A stretch of DNA of 63,858 nt, taken from contig NC_068991.1 of the NCBI RefSeq assembly GCF_001194135.2, positions 29,648,303-29,712,160 on the forward strand, written 5' to 3'. This DNA is from Octopus bimaculoides. Taxonomy: Eukaryota. Shown here in pieces: positions 62,091 through 63,858 of the stretch. The position numbers were made by a program, and so were the translations under genes. Under the pieces are notes generated by a model that searched no databases, was not told the origin of the DNA, and saw nothing but the letters and a program-made list of their open reading frames with translations. How positions within the stretch are numbered: position 1 is the first letter of the stretch; each line of letters opens with the position of its first letter.

Positions 62091-62849
62091 TATTTGTTTA
62101 GTTTCCTTGAAACCCTGGGTGCAAATCCTGCACTGAAAAATTTATATTTTATCGTCCTCTGCGATCAATAAAAATAAGCTCCATTCACGTATGATACAGA
62201 CAAGAGCAGTGGTGAAGATGTTCATTTTGCAATTACCAGAACCGCGTTCGATCACACTCCTTGAACAGGTTACATCTACGGTCCCCTTCAATTGTTCCAA
62301 TGTTTGTCAGTGGAAAGTAAGTATCTGAAAGCTGTAGAATCCCGAGGGATTGAGTTACTTGCTATTCAAATAACCAATTTACCATACATGCTGATTATAC
62401 TTGCTTATTATGTTAGAGTTACAAGTAGCTAAAATATTCAGCCAATTTGCACTATTATTCAATAAGTAGGTACTTCAGTACTCGAACTACTGGAATGTAC
62501 TCATCGGTGATTTCAATGGAGGATCCATATAATTATATTTTTTACTTTTTCAGTAGCTAAGTCGGCGTAATTTCTTCACTTCTCAACATATTGCTACAAA
62601 CAGGTAATCGCTATTGCTGTGTCAGTTACTTTAATCATACTATTGTCAGTTTTGTTAGGGAAAATGTGTGATCCTGAGTGGACGCCAATGGCGATCTCTC
62701 GGTCTATCGTTCACTGTAGTCACATCGTTCCTCTCACCATCTATCACTACGACCATTACTACTCTTCCATCTACTGCGCTACCACCGACACTATCACCAT
62801 CAGCACCATCACAACCATCACCATCACTACCACTACCAATATCAAACAA

Positions 62850-63770
62850 CGATAAAGTGATTGAGTTTACAAAAACGTATGATGATATAAACCAAATAAA
62901 CCTGGACTAATCATGCATGCGAGAAAAACTCTTCTATTTAGCAGGGGCCGAACATGGGTTAACACATCAGATACAGATGAATCGTTCGATGCATTGATGA
63001 GATTGTATAACAGTGTAGACATTTGTGATCTTGTAGGGCTCTTTATATTGAGATCCAAGTTCTCATGCCATGATGTTGATCTATAGCGAGACGACGGGTT
63101 GGGAATATTTCATGGCTGTGATGGTCATAATCTTGATAAATTTAAGAAAAGACTCATTGTTATATTTAGTAAATTAGGCCGCTTTTAGATAAGCATTTCC
63201 CAATAAATCACAAATACAAGAAGAGTTTAAGTAATTGCTGCCCCTCTATGAAGCACATTATAAGTTGTAAAAATCACCAAGAGCTCACTCCTAGTTGTAA
63301 CTGTCGAGATCCTGAAGTTTTCCCACTTGAGTAGGGGTCTGATAAACTCCTTCATATGCGAGGCAAAAATGACAGCAACTCTTCAAGATAATTTAATTAA
63401 AAAGAAGAATTACATCGGGTTATATGAAGGCGATTTAAAAAAAAAACCTTATGCAAACCACCTATCTTCTTTCCACACCACATACAATCGAGTGGAGAAT
63501 AGAGCAGAAATCCAAGTTAATGGATCTAAGAACTGCAACTTACTCGTTGCAGAAAGATCTCAGGTTCTTCTTAGATCCAAGAATTCCAGCATTGCTTAAT
63601 TCCAGATTTGAATTTTTTAGCAGGCGCAAACACATGGGTAAGATTCTTTTCTCGAACTAGAAGACACCAGATCGGATTGAGTTGCTGTTTCGCAAACCTT
63701 GACATATTTTATGCTATTTTATCCTATATCAGTTGCGTTAACTGAGGTTTCTGTAATCAGGGACGACGGG
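62850..63770 (+). mobile_element. Decayed Penelope-like element (RT plus GIY-YIG, internally deleted)
   Basis: IMHARKTLLF...FDALM...DICDLVGLFIL...L*RDDGLGIF (PLE RT, cf. FDVTMG...CELVGL...LYRDDGL), then KNYIGLYEGDLKK..YANHLSSF and LLNSRFEFFSRRKHMGKILFSN*. Confidence 0.85.
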
Positions 63771-63858
63771 GATCTTCGTTTCCTTGCTTTAGTTTCTTTC
63801 TTCTCATTCCATTTTGTGCATCAATTTTCTTTTCGTTTTTCTTCTCGCTTTTTTTCTT

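Noticed and set aside
63738-63772. CTGAGG TTTCTG-taat-CAGGGA at the expected HHR position of the terminal PLE
   Set aside because: Core A9 and GAAA are lost; consistent with a relic but not callable.

Overview
Eukaryotic, AT-rich, microsatellite-saturated genomic DNA with many assembly gaps. The tRNA-derived SINE families and repeat density are consistent with an octopod cephalopod (Octopus-like) genome; this is inferred from the repeats, not proven. No intact protein-coding gene can be supported, and almost all ORFs in the track are translated simple repeats. The window is a mosaic of three SINE families, decayed LINE fragments (CR1, R4/Dong-like, Tx1/L1-like ORF1 and RT), several Tc1/mariner remnants, MITE/foldback elements and Penelope-like elements (PLEs). 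The strongest hidden signal is a set of type I hammerhead ribozyme (HHR) folds: about ten with traceable stems, from several unrelated sequence families, on both strands. They include twin HHRs in the inverted termini of a PLE, an HHR in the middle of a ~510 bp element with long inverted termini, a family whose core lacks the normally conserved A6, and a full three-stem HHR overlapping the end of a Tx1-like ORF1. A few CpG-rich stretches carry housekeeping-promoter motifs and may mark first exons. All folds and alignments were done by eye.
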